From NCBI GenBank assembly GCA_963777955.1, contig CAVZSQ010000019.1, forward strand, positions 224,001 to 288,000: 64,000 nt of DNA. Direction: 5' to 3'. Positions 51,792-60,402 of the stretch are shown piece by piece. Positions within the stretch are counted from its first letter, which is position 1. Every line of letters starts with the position of its first letter. The translations under genes were made by a program, and so were the position numbers. The stretch comes from Calditrichia bacterium (GTDB lineage: Bacteria > Calditrichota > Calditrichia > JAJRVZ01). The notes beneath the pieces were generated by a model. The model saw only the letters and a program-made list of their open reading frames with translations. It made no database searches and was not told the DNA's origin.

Positions 51792-52518
51792 AGAACCGTA
51801 CATCATTTCACATCGCGGCGACAGAGTAAATGCCGTGGAGAACACGATTCTGGCCTGTGAATTGGCCGTTCAACATGGTGCGACTGCGTTAGAGATTGAT
51901 ATCCGGCAGACCGCTACCGGGGAGATAGTGGTTTTTCATGACTTTTCGCTCAAGCGTATGTTCATGAAACAGAATTATGTCGGCCGGGTGGGATTGACAG
52001 AACTCAAAACCTATCCCTTTGTTATCAACGGCAGGCCACAACCTCAGGTGATCGATACATTAGATGCCCTGCTGGACCGGTTCAAGAATCGTTTGCCAAT
52101 CAATCTGGATGCTAAAACAATTCATTTTTTTGATTTTAAATTCGCCGATAAAATTATTTCCACAATAAGAAATCACAATCTGTTCGACCGGGTCTGGATT
52201 TCCTGCTTCAATCCGTTCCTGCTGCAAATCTTAAAAATAAAATATAATAAAATCCGTACTGGTTATCTTTTCCAGCGTTTAACCTGGATGCATACCGCTT
52301 ACGATCTGGTCACGGCTACCGATGCCTGGCATCCCCATTACAAGGTGCTCGATGATTACCTGATGGAGAAAGCGCTGAAACATGACAAGCAGATATATGT
52401 GTGGACAGTAAATGATGAAGAAACTCTGCGGCAAATTTCAGGTTATCCGGTACAGGGGATCATTACCGATGAAATCAAACTGGTCAGGAAATATTATCTT
52501 CGTCAGAATCCGGGTTAA
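51784..52518 (+). CDS. Glycerophosphodiester phosphodiesterase family
   Basis: SHRG, ENT, E.DI, HD, VWTVN and GIITD. Confidence 0.9.
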   Translation: MPEEPYIISHRGDRVNAVENTILACELAVQHGATALEIDIRQTATGEIVVFHDFSLKRMFMKQNYVGRVGLTELKTYPFVINGRPQPQVIDTLDALLDRFKNRLPINLDAKTIHFFDFKFADKIISTIRNHNLFDRVWISCFNPFLLQILKIKYNKIRTGYLFQRLTWMHTAYDLVTATDAWHPHYKVLDDYLMEKALKHDKQIYVWTVNDEETLRQISGYPVQGIITDEIKLVRKYYLRQNPG

Positions 52519-52523
52519 GACGG

Positions 52524-53057
52524 TCAGGCCAGAATATGTTCCAATCTGGATTTAAAAACTTCAAAGTTATCCTGGCCCCACAGGCAGAAACTGACTTCTT
52601 CGAGTTTACAGGGTCTCTTTAAAAATTCCACTACGATCATCAGCATGATCTCTGCGCATTTAACGACGGGAAACCCGAACACGCCTGTGCTGATGGCCGG
52701 AAAGGCAATTGATTTCAGATCATGTTCTTCTGCCAGCAGCAGGCTATTCATCGTAGCGTTGCGCAATTTTGTCTCTTCATCACCTTCACCGAACTGCGGC
52801 CCCACTGCATGAATGACATGCCGGGCTTTTAACCGGCCGGCCGAAGTTAATACTGCCGCGCCTACATAAGTTCCGCCGATGCGGTTGCACTCTTCCTGGA
52901 TGGCGGCTCCGCCTTTTTCCCGAATCGCTCCGGCAACACCCGAGCCTAAAATTAATTGGGCATTAGCGGGATTGACAATCGCATCAACTTCAAGGTCGGT
53001 GATATCACCTTCCATTAATACTAACCTGGCCTGGTTTATTTTATAATCTGCTTTCAT
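52524..53057 (-). CDS. Macro domain protein (YmdB-like)
   Basis: GDIT...VDAIVN.AN, G.GVAGAI, VIHAVGP and FPAISTGVFGFP. Confidence 0.93.
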   Translation of the reverse strand: MKADYKINQARLVLMEGDITDLEVDAIVNPANAQLILGSGVAGAIREKGGAAIQEECNRIGGTYVGAAVLTSAGRLKARHVIHAVGPQFGEGDEETKLRNATMNSLLLAEEHDLKSIAFPAISTGVFGFPVVKCAEIMLMIVVEFLKRPCKLEEVSFCLWGQDNFEVFKSRLEHILA

Positions 53058-53084
53058 AATTCTTCCGCATAATTTTAGATTGCC

Positions 53085-53429
53085 TTACACTCTGGAGAAA
53101 CTTTTAATTGCTGCTGCTGTGTTTTCATAGATATCAAAAACCTTATCCAGGCGCGTTATCTGGAATACGTAGCGGACCGCGGGCCGCAGCCCTGCCAGTT
53201 TGATATCGCCGTTGTTCATGCTGGCCTGTTTCAAGCCGGCCAGCAGAGAACTGAGGAATGAACTGTCGGTGAATTCAATCTGGCTCATATCAATGATGAC
53301 TTTTGTACTGCCTTCTTTTATAAGCTTGGTCAATTTTTCTTTAAGTAAGTCGGCCGTATCAACAGTGGCCCGCTTAATCTCTACACTGAAAATCAGGATA
53401 TCATCAAGCACTTCACTTTTGATGGTCAT
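53085..53429 (-). CDS. STAS-domain anti-anti-sigma factor
   Basis: IID.S.IEF.DSS.L and VFQITRLDKVF.IY. Confidence 0.9.
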   Translation of the reverse strand: MTIKSEVLDDILIFSVEIKRATVDTADLLKEKLTKLIKEGSTKVIIDMSQIEFTDSSFLSSLLAGLKQASMNNGDIKLAGLRPAVRYVFQITRLDKVFDIYENTAAAIKSFSRV

Positions 53430-53585
53430 TCAATGTTTTCCTCCCCGGCTTTTACCAGTGTACGGCTACGGCTGACCTTTGGGGATAGTATATTTAAGAA
53501 ATTGCTGAACCGCAATATTAAAATCAATTGGTTTAATAAAATGAGCATTTCAGTTACTTTATTCAGAGCTAAAGATACTTTTGCT

Positions 53586-55136
53586 TCAACGCTGAAAATT
53601 GCAGAGCAGCACGCAGATTTTATCCTGCCAGCCATTGATCAGCGGAGTGGGAACAGTATAGTTGTTCACCAGCAAGGAAAACAGGAACAGCTCATTGTCG
53701 GCAGAATAAATATAGCCGGAGAGGTTGCGTACATGTCCTATAAATCCTGTTTTAGCGTGCACCCTGGATTCAGCCGGTGTTTTTTTCATCCGGTTTTTCA
53801 GTGTTCCATCCACACCCGTAACCGGCAGGGAAGCATAAAAGTAATCAAAGTAAGGATGGCGTGCCATGAAACGCAATAAGGTACTTACAGCATTCGGTGT
53901 AATCAGGTTATTTCTGGACAGACCCGATCCGTCCACCATTGAAAATTCCATATCGGAAATACCTATTTCTTTCATCTGGTTGAGCACGATCAGAGTACCT
54001 GCTGCCGCAGTGGCCTGCTGGCCATATTCCGCGGCCAGGGTCACCAGCAGTTGTTCCGTATATAAGTTCTGACTGACTTTGTTGGTAATCTCGATAATTT
54101 TCGCCAATTCCGGTGAAGAATGGGTCAGCAGGACCCGGCAGCGATCATAGGAAATCCGGTTCAATTCTCTGTTTGTACGCAAGGAACCATGGAGTATGAT
54201 CCCTCTCGATTCCAGGACCTCAGCCAATACAGTAATAAAATATAGGGCGGGATTCTCCACCGAGATCGACTCCTGGTAAGGTGGTTTGTTTTGTGGAATT
54301 TCATTTTCGGCAATGACAATATTTTGCAGTCGCGGTCGGTTCAGGATTAAGGTTTGCACAGAATCAGCCGCTGTGGTTCTGGCCCGGTTTTCGATAACGA
54401 AGAAACGGCTGGGAGGCATTATACTGATCTTTGGTCGAAGACCAATCGTATCATTGGGCACCACCGTGACATCGACACAATTATCATTCAAGGTGAGAGC
54501 GCTGATGGGCGCGGCATACCAGAAAGGTTCATCATCCCATTGCCAGCCGCTGCCCAGCGGATCAGTCTGGAAGTACGATTCATCGCCGATCAGGTCACCG
54601 TTAATTTCTTTGATGCCTAAATTAAGCAGGGAGTCAGCCCAATTCCCAAAAACCTGGCGTACATCCCCGTTATAAAAACGCGGAGCAATGGTCGGGTCTC
54701 CTTTACCGCGGATAATCAGATTCCCCTGCAGTATATTTTGCTCAATTTTACCGTCGGTATAGATCGCAGTGCGAAATCTGAAAAGCGGGCCAAATTTTAA
54801 CAAGGCTGTAGCTGTGGTAAAGATTTTCAAATTGGAAGCAGGGATAAACAACTTATGGTCATTCTGCCGGTAAAGCACTTCCCCGTCAGAGGCCGCTTCT
54901 ATATAAAGACCGATCTGGGCGTTAAACAAATTAGGATCGCCGGTCAAATAGGCAATCTGTTCACGCAACAGATCTATCTTGCGGCCAGGAATGCCCTGCT
55001 GATTGCCTGGACGGGAAACGCATTGATATTGAATACTGCCCGCACTGAGAATAATCAGCAAAAAAGCACGGGTGCCATATTTGTAGAGAATACGCAACCG
55101 CCTGAGGTATTTCGCTGAGGGTTTGTATACTTTCAT
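53586..55136 (-). CDS. dacB: D-alanyl-D-alanine carboxypeptidase/endopeptidase PBP4
   Basis: PASNLK, GDP, SQN, DGSGLSR and AKTG. Confidence 0.93.
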   Translation of the reverse strand: MKVYKPSAKYLRRLRILYKYGTRAFLLIILSAGSIQYQCVSRPGNQQGIPGRKIDLLREQIAYLTGDPNLFNAQIGLYIEAASDGEVLYRQNDHKLFIPASNLKIFTTATALLKFGPLFRFRTAIYTDGKIEQNILQGNLIIRGKGDPTIAPRFYNGDVRQVFGNWADSLLNLGIKEINGDLIGDESYFQTDPLGSGWQWDDEPFWYAAPISALTLNDNCVDVTVVPNDTIGLRPKISIMPPSRFFVIENRARTTAADSVQTLILNRPRLQNIVIAENEIPQNKPPYQESISVENPALYFITVLAEVLESRGIILHGSLRTNRELNRISYDRCRVLLTHSSPELAKIIEITNKVSQNLYTEQLLVTLAAEYGQQATAAAGTLIVLNQMKEIGISDMEFSMVDGSGLSRNNLITPNAVSTLLRFMARHPYFDYFYASLPVTGVDGTLKNRMKKTPAESRVHAKTGFIGHVRNLSGYIYSADNELFLFSLLVNNYTVPTPLINGWQDKICVLLCNFQR

Positions 55137-55171
55137 GGAATAGAAGGTGATCGTTGAATCACGCTAAAACT

Positions 55172-55196
55172 AAAAGGGCGGTTTAACAACCGCCCT
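55172..55196 (-). terminator. Intrinsic terminator after the HU gene
   Basis: Minus strand AGGGCGGTT-gtta-AACCGCCCT followed by TTT. Confidence 0.75.
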
Positions 55197-55201
55197 GATT
55201 A

Positions 55202-55475
55202 TTACCTGACTACGTCCTTCAGACCTTTTCCTGCTCTAAACACTGGTACTTTTCTGGCTGGAATTTTAATAGTAGCGCCGGTTTGAGGATTACGGCCCAT
55301 ACGCGCACTACGTTTACTTACATTAAATGTACCAAAACCAACCAAGCCGACACTATCACCTTTTTTCAATGCAGTCTTTTACTCCTTCCAAAAAACTGTC
55401 CAGTGATGCTTCTGCATCTTTCTTAGTCAGACCGGTTTTCTTGGACATATGATTCACTATCTCTTGTTTAGTCAT
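55202..55475 (-). CDS. hup: DNA-binding protein HU, one extra base in an A-run near 55378; missed by the ORF track
   Basis: MTKQEIV...TKKDAE then GFGTF....[26 protein letters not shown]. Length 274 nt = 273+1. AAGGAGG RBS. Confidence 0.93.
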
Positions 55476-55699
55476 TCAATTCCTCCTTATATATGACATG
55501 TATGACGGTTGTTAAATCTTTATATTACTTGCAGCATTTATTTTCAAATGCAGGATGGAAAAATTTCCCAAAAGAAGGTTTAAAAGTCAAGTAAAAAGAT
55601 AATGAACATGCGCTTAAACATGTCAGCAGGGGAGTCAGGTTACTCTGGTGGGAAAGAGGGACAATAGGCTGATATTACTAATACCCGGACGGGCAGGAT

Positions 55700-55885
55700 T
55701 TACTGGCGGCAGAAATCATCGCTATTTCTGATTTCGTTTTTAATAATTGAAGAAACCACTGTCTCCAGTACCTCGCTGCGATCATAAAATTTATTACGAA
55801 TGCGCAACTGAATTAATTCTATTTTTTCTTTCTCAAATTCTTTATTAACCGGAGCCAATTTTTTCCCCTTGATGTTCTCTTCCAT
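55700..55885 (-). CDS. Small FlgM-like anti-sigma28 candidate (61 aa)
   Basis: EKIELIQLRIRNKFYD..EVLE.VV..I resembles the FlgM C-terminal sigma-binding helices; sigma28-type promoter upstream; downstream of fliA. Confidence 0.6.
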   Translation of the reverse strand: MEENIKGKKLAPVNKEFEKEKIELIQLRIRNKFYDRSEVLETVVSSIIKNEIRNSDDFCRQ

Positions 55886-55911
55886 TCTCTCACCGCTTTC
55901 CTCTATGATAA

Positions 55912-55938
55912 TAGTCGGTTTGATCAGTAAGAACTTTA
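55912..55938 (-). promoter_or_regulatory. Sigma28 (FliA)-type promoter
   Basis: TAAAGTTC-N11-ACCGACTA vs consensus TAAAGTTT-N11-GCCGATAA; 26 nt upstream of ATG 55885. Confidence 0.7.
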
Positions 55939-56004
55939 TTAATGTTTCCGGTAAAAAGCATTTTGGCTGGAAACTGTACAACGGCAGGATGGCGGAACTG
56001 GCAG

Positions 56005-57153
56005 TTAAGAACGGGTCAGACTTTTCAGTTCTACAATAAAACGGTTACCGACCGGATTCTCTATGTCAAGCAACATTTTCCCTGCATGTGCATCGATAGC
56101 CATTTTGCAGAAAGTCAGTCCTAAAGCACGTTCCACGCGGTAACCCTTATTCTTTAATTCAACCTGGGAAAACTCATCAAATATTTTATCCTGGTATTTT
56201 TTAGGTATTTGGGTGCCATTATCATGTACGGTAAAACGGACACCATCGAGATCGATTTTTTCTGTTTTCAGCACCACCTGACCACCGTCTCCGACATTAT
56301 TTGTGGCGAAACTGATCAGGTTTTCTATTACCCGTTCTATTACCGACTGATCTAAAATCATTTCGTCCAGTTCCGGGTCAAGATTAAGTTGAACCATTTT
56401 GTTGGCATTTTCCGGATATTCGCGCACACGCTGAACGATATTGGTAATAATTGTATTAATTTTGGCCATATCCCGCTTCAGCGTAAGGGTGCCATCCTTG
56501 ATCCGTGAGATATCCAGCAGATTGACAACCATACGCAACAATTGCTGTACTCCGCGTTCGATCCGGTTGGAATATTTTTTTAAGTTATCTACCGACGTCG
56601 AACCTATGGTCATCTCCATCATCTGCAGATTCCCCTGGATGACGAACAGGGGATTCTTCATATCATGCACGATCAGATTCGTGAGGTCTTCCTTGAATTT
56701 ATCCATATGCAACAGCGTTTCATTCTTTTTAGCCAATTGCAGATTCTTTTCCTGCAATTCGTCATGATATTCTTTCAGGCGCAGCAACGACTTGACCCGG
56801 GCCAGTAATTCAACATTCTCAAACGGTTTGGAAATAAAATCATCCGCCCCGACATCCAGAGAATGTATTTTATCTTTCAGATCTTTCAAAGCGGTAATCA
56901 TGATGATCGGGATAAATTTTGTCCGCTGATCATTTTTTAACCGTTCACATACACCAAAACCGTCCAGTTTGGGCAACATAATATCCAGCAGGATGATCTG
57001 CGGATTTTGCCGAAAGGCAAGTTCCAATCCGCTTTCCCCGTCAGTTGCCGTGAAAATCTGATACCCCTGAGGTTTCAGGAAGTATAATAATAAATCCAGA
57101 TTCTCCTGGCTGTCTTCAATAATTAAAACTTTTTGCTTTTTGGATGCAGGCAT
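56005..57153 (-). CDS. Hybrid REC-HisKA-HATPase protein with degenerate ATP-binding boxes
   Basis: Intact REC and HDMKNPL H-box; N-box NLISFA, G1 DNGTQ, G2 ERALG. Confidence 0.88.
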   Translation of the reverse strand: MPASKKQKVLIIEDSQENLDLLLYFLKPQGYQIFTATDGESGLELAFRQNPQIILLDIMLPKLDGFGVCERLKNDQRTKFIPIIMITALKDLKDKIHSLDVGADDFISKPFENVELLARVKSLLRLKEYHDELQEKNLQLAKKNETLLHMDKFKEDLTNLIVHDMKNPLFVIQGNLQMMEMTIGSTSVDNLKKYSNRIERGVQQLLRMVVNLLDISRIKDGTLTLKRDMAKINTIITNIVQRVREYPENANKMVQLNLDPELDEMILDQSVIERVIENLISFATNNVGDGGQVVLKTEKIDLDGVRFTVHDNGTQIPKKYQDKIFDEFSQVELKNKGYRVERALGLTFCKMAIDAHAGKMLLDIENPVGNRFIVELKSLTRS

Positions 57154-57327
57154 AGCGCTAACCGGTTTTGTTTGTTCTTACGATTAATAAAATATAATAT
57201 AATCGTTCTTTTAATTCCAAACATTTTTATTTCGGTTAACACCACTCTGAAGTGGTACGGGATATATAAAATAAATAATGCAGTTATCTTAGATCAGATC
57301 CAGTTGTTCAGCTATCAGACGACCGGC

Positions 57328-58086
57328 TCAGGCATAAATCATTTTGTTGATTGATTTTTTCAGTTTACCCATCGTTTCAGAATGAATCTGCGAAATTCTT
57401 GATTCCGATACATTCAGTATCTGACCGATTTCTTTAAAGGTCAATTTTTCATAGTAGTAAAGGGTGATGGCCAGCCTGGTTTTCTCCGGTAATTGCTTTA
57501 TGGCTTTTAATAAAATTCGTTTCATTTCTTCCTCTTCCATTTTAAAATCGGGATTCTCTTCTTCTTCATCTTCGATCATATCGTAGAGATTTTGTTTATA
57601 GGTGTCATCAATAGGTTTATCTAAAGAAAGCATATTCACGCTGGTAATTTCCTTTTTCCAATTCTGTAATTCACTCATATCGATGCTCAGGCTTTTGGCG
57701 ATTTCCTGATCAGAATATGACCCGCCAAACTTCTGATCCAGTTCAACCATTTTTTCCTTAATCATGTTGGTTCGACTGCGCAGTGAACGCGGGATCCAAT
57801 CCAGTTTGCGTAATTCATCGATGATTGATCCTTTAATCCGCGGGATCGCATAGGTTTCAAACTTGATTCCATAATCCATATTAAATCGTTCCAGCGCTTC
57901 GACCAATCCCAGGATCCCAATATGATAAAGATCTTTTTCCTCGATAGCATGTGGAAAGTTTTTGATCATTTTGCGGACTACATATTTTACCAATCCAAGA
58001 TAACGCAGCACCAATTCCTGGCGCAACCGGGTGGTGGCGTTGGCTTTGTACATTTTCCAGAGTTGCATTGTAGTTAGATTTTTCAT
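57328..58086 (-). CDS. fliA: RNA polymerase sigma-28 factor (FliA/WhiG family)
   Basis: FETYA..RIKG.I.DELR..DW.PRS.R and LYYYE.LT.KEIG.IL.VSESRISQIH. ATG 58086 has a GAGG RBS (58101 is the alternative). Confidence 0.93.
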   Translation of the reverse strand: MKNLTTMQLWKMYKANATTRLRQELVLRYLGLVKYVVRKMIKNFPHAIEEKDLYHIGILGLVEALERFNMDYGIKFETYAIPRIKGSIIDELRKLDWIPRSLRSRTNMIKEKMVELDQKFGGSYSDQEIAKSLSIDMSELQNWKKEITSVNMLSLDKPIDDTYKQNLYDMIEDEEEENPDFKMEEEEMKRILLKAIKQLPEKTRLAITLYYYEKLTFKEIGQILNVSESRISQIHSETMGKLKKSINKMIYA

Positions 58087-58122
58087 GGGACCCTCGTTCA
58101 TTAATAGTGCGAATAAAATGGA

Positions 58123-58139
58123 TGCATTTTATATGCCAA
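58123..58139 (-). promoter_or_regulatory. Sigma54 (RpoN) -24/-12 promoter upstream of fliA
   Basis: TTGGCATATAAAATGCA (GG-N10-GC); AT-rich tract with IHF-like TATCAATAAGATA at 58180..58192. Confidence 0.65.
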
Positions 58140-58297
58140 TTTTTTTAAATTTTCGATTATTAGTTTATAACTTTATTATTATCAATAAGATATAAAAATA
58201 ACTAGCCTGCCGGTTACACTCTTAAATCACCGATTTCAAGTCCAAAATGCCTTGATTTTAAACACCTCAACTGACTGAAAATCGGACACTTGCTGGC

Positions 58298-58330
58298 CCA
58301 CCTTAAGGGTGCCATGCACCCTTAAGGTGG
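58298..58330. repeat. Perfect 15-bp inverted repeat
   Basis: CCACCTTAAGGGTGC-cat-GCACCCTTAAGGTGG. Confidence 0.8.
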
Positions 58331-58407
58331 TATGGTTTGGTATAAATTTTGATATGTATTTATGGAGGTTCAAACCATCGGAAAATCGTTAAATATGAGC
58401 AAACATT

Positions 58408-59132
58408 ATGCAGAAAAAGTTATATCAGCTAATCAATACTCTACTATTTCAACCCATACATTGATCTTTTCTTCCCTGCTCTGTGTTTTATTTGCGAAAA
58501 CCGTTTGGAAAGTAATCGTAAAATTGTTTGTATTCACTGTTTAAAGCAAATCCCTGGATCTGATCCGGCAGCAAATGCTCCCTTTCCCGATAAAAAATTT
58601 AATCAGGCTTTTATTCTGTACAATTTTAATGAAAGTGTCCGCCTGCTTGTTCATCTGTTAAAATATAAAGGTTACTTTACGCTGGCGGATTACTTTGCCG
58701 ACGCTATCGTGCAATCATTCCCCCGGTTGTTGAATACCAATTATGATTATATCCTGCCTGTACCTTTGCATCAAACACGGTTACGGGAAAGAGGTTTTAA
58801 TCAAAGCGCTATACTGGCAGCCGCCATCGGCAAGGAAACTGGGCCGGGCCATGTCTGAAAATATTCTGACCCGCCGGCGTAATACTCCTTCCCAGACTCA
58901 TTTGAACCGAACTCAGCGGCTGCGGAATGTTAGTGATGCTTTTTATTGCCAGGCTATCCGTTCAGATGCCCGTATTCTGATCATAGATGATGTCATTACC
59001 ACCGGTAGTACGGTTAACGCCTGTTGTCAGGCTATGCGGCAGGCCGGAGCTGCCGAGATCGATGTACTGGCCCTGGCGCATCCAGCAGCGACTGCAGCGC
59101 ATGATTTAATCAGCAATGCAGAAATTATCTAA
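58408..59132 (+). CDS. ComF family phosphoribosyltransferase-like protein, frameshifts near 58456 and 58832
   Basis: Reconstructed FP..C..C...C..C Zn ribbon, LKY, PVPLH..R..ERGFNQS and IIDDVITTGST. Confidence 0.88.
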
Positions 59133-59163
59133 ACAGTGAAGTTTGACAGAGGTATAAATTAAA

Positions 59164-60402
59164 TCAAATCGGCTTAACTCCCGCAATTTTGCGATAAGCC
59201 AGCCAGAAAAGAAATAGATCGCAGAAATAGACCATAACCAGGGTCCAGGCTGCGCCCATGATTTCATAGCGAGGTATGATCAAAAGACCTAAAATAATAT
59301 TCAGGGTTGGAATGATCATCGAGATGTTACGCACTGTTTTACCTGCTCCGCGCGCCATCAAAAACAGAGCAAATGGTTTACTGATACTCGAGAATCCGAA
59401 AGCCAGAGCCAGCGGTAACATAATATCCACGGTGGGCAGATATTCTGCAGAGAATAGATTGAGGATGATAAAACGCCGCATAAAAATAAATATACATACC
59501 GAAGATACCACGAAAATTATATTGATCTTTATCACCCGGAAATCTATCCGGTTTTGGACTGCAAAACGGTTAAACATCGTAGTGGCTAATGCCGATGAAA
59601 AATGTGATAAAGGGAAAGTCAGTGCATAACCCAGGTAATAATAGGCCAGTGCTTGCGCCGGTAAAAAAAATGAAATTATAAATTTATCCCCGTGAAAAAG
59701 GATTTCACTCCAGATATTACTCAGGTAAAGATGAACACCGTATGACTTCAGATCATTCCATATGCCTCTGGCCGAGTTTTTGAATAATTTAAACGATGGT
59801 CGCATATAAACTGTAATCCAGAGCAGGGAAATAGCAAAACCGACGAAAAACATATTCAGCGACTGAATCAGGTCGAATTGATTTAGAAAAATAATCAGCA
59901 GCAGCAGGCCTAAATAGAATATTCTTGGTAAAACGGTAAGCAGGGACAATAATTCAATATGACCGGTGCCCCGCAGGGCCAGTACGTAATAGGAATGCAT
60001 CAGTATCAAACCAACCCAGAGTGCAAAGTGCAGACACAAATCGCCGATTTTAATTTCAAAGAAACGGTCACTGCATGTTGCCAGCAGCAGGAAAAGCAAA
60101 GTGTAGATGATACTGAACGCCGCGGAAAAAAGGACGCCTGATCCCAGTATCTTTTTGCGTTCCGCTGAATCCGGGCTGACGGCCAGCAAATGGGAAGCGC
60201 TTTCGAACAGGCCGAAACCAAAAAATGAACGGCTGAAGAATAGTATGATGATAAAGAAAGAGTATCGTCCGTACTCAACGAGATCCAGGTAGGTCGTATT
60301 CAGTTTAGTAACCAGCCAACCCAAAAATATATTTAGAATCAGCGCGGCAAAGTACAGACTGGTTTCGATTACTGCCCGGCCGCCAGGTTGTCGCACCATC
60401 AT
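59164..60402 (-). CDS. Oligosaccharide flippase (Wzx family)
   Basis: Many hydrophobic TM segments, YG.YS, DK..I..F and N..L...IP.Y..MGAA. Confidence 0.82.
   Translation of the reverse strand: MMVRQPGGRAVIETSLYFAALILNIFLGWLVTKLNTTYLDLVEYGRYSFFIIILFFSRSFFGFGLFESASHLLAVSPDSAERKKILGSGVLFSAAFSIIYTLLFLLLATCSDRFFEIKIGDLCLHFALWVGLILMHSYYVLALRGTGHIELLSLLTVLPRIFYLGLLLLIIFLNQFDLIQSLNMFFVGFAISLLWITVYMRPSFKLFKNSARGIWNDLKSYGVHLYLSNIWSEILFHGDKFIISFFLPAQALAYYYLGYALTFPLSHFSSALATTMFNRFAVQNRIDFRVIKINIIFVVSSVCIFIFMRRFIILNLFSAEYLPTVDIMLPLALAFGFSSISKPFALFLMARGAGKTVRNISMIIPTLNIILGLLIIPRYEIMGAAWTLVMVYFCDLFLFWLAYRKIAGVKPI

Noticed and set aside
52524..53057. Macro domain as antitoxin or anti-phage defence component
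   Set aside because: Typical stand-alone YmdB-like protein with no ADP-ribosyltransferase or sirtuin neighbour
53062..53090. dif site (CCGCATAA resembles the XerC arm)
   Set aside because: No TTATGTTAAAT-like XerD arm at the right spacing
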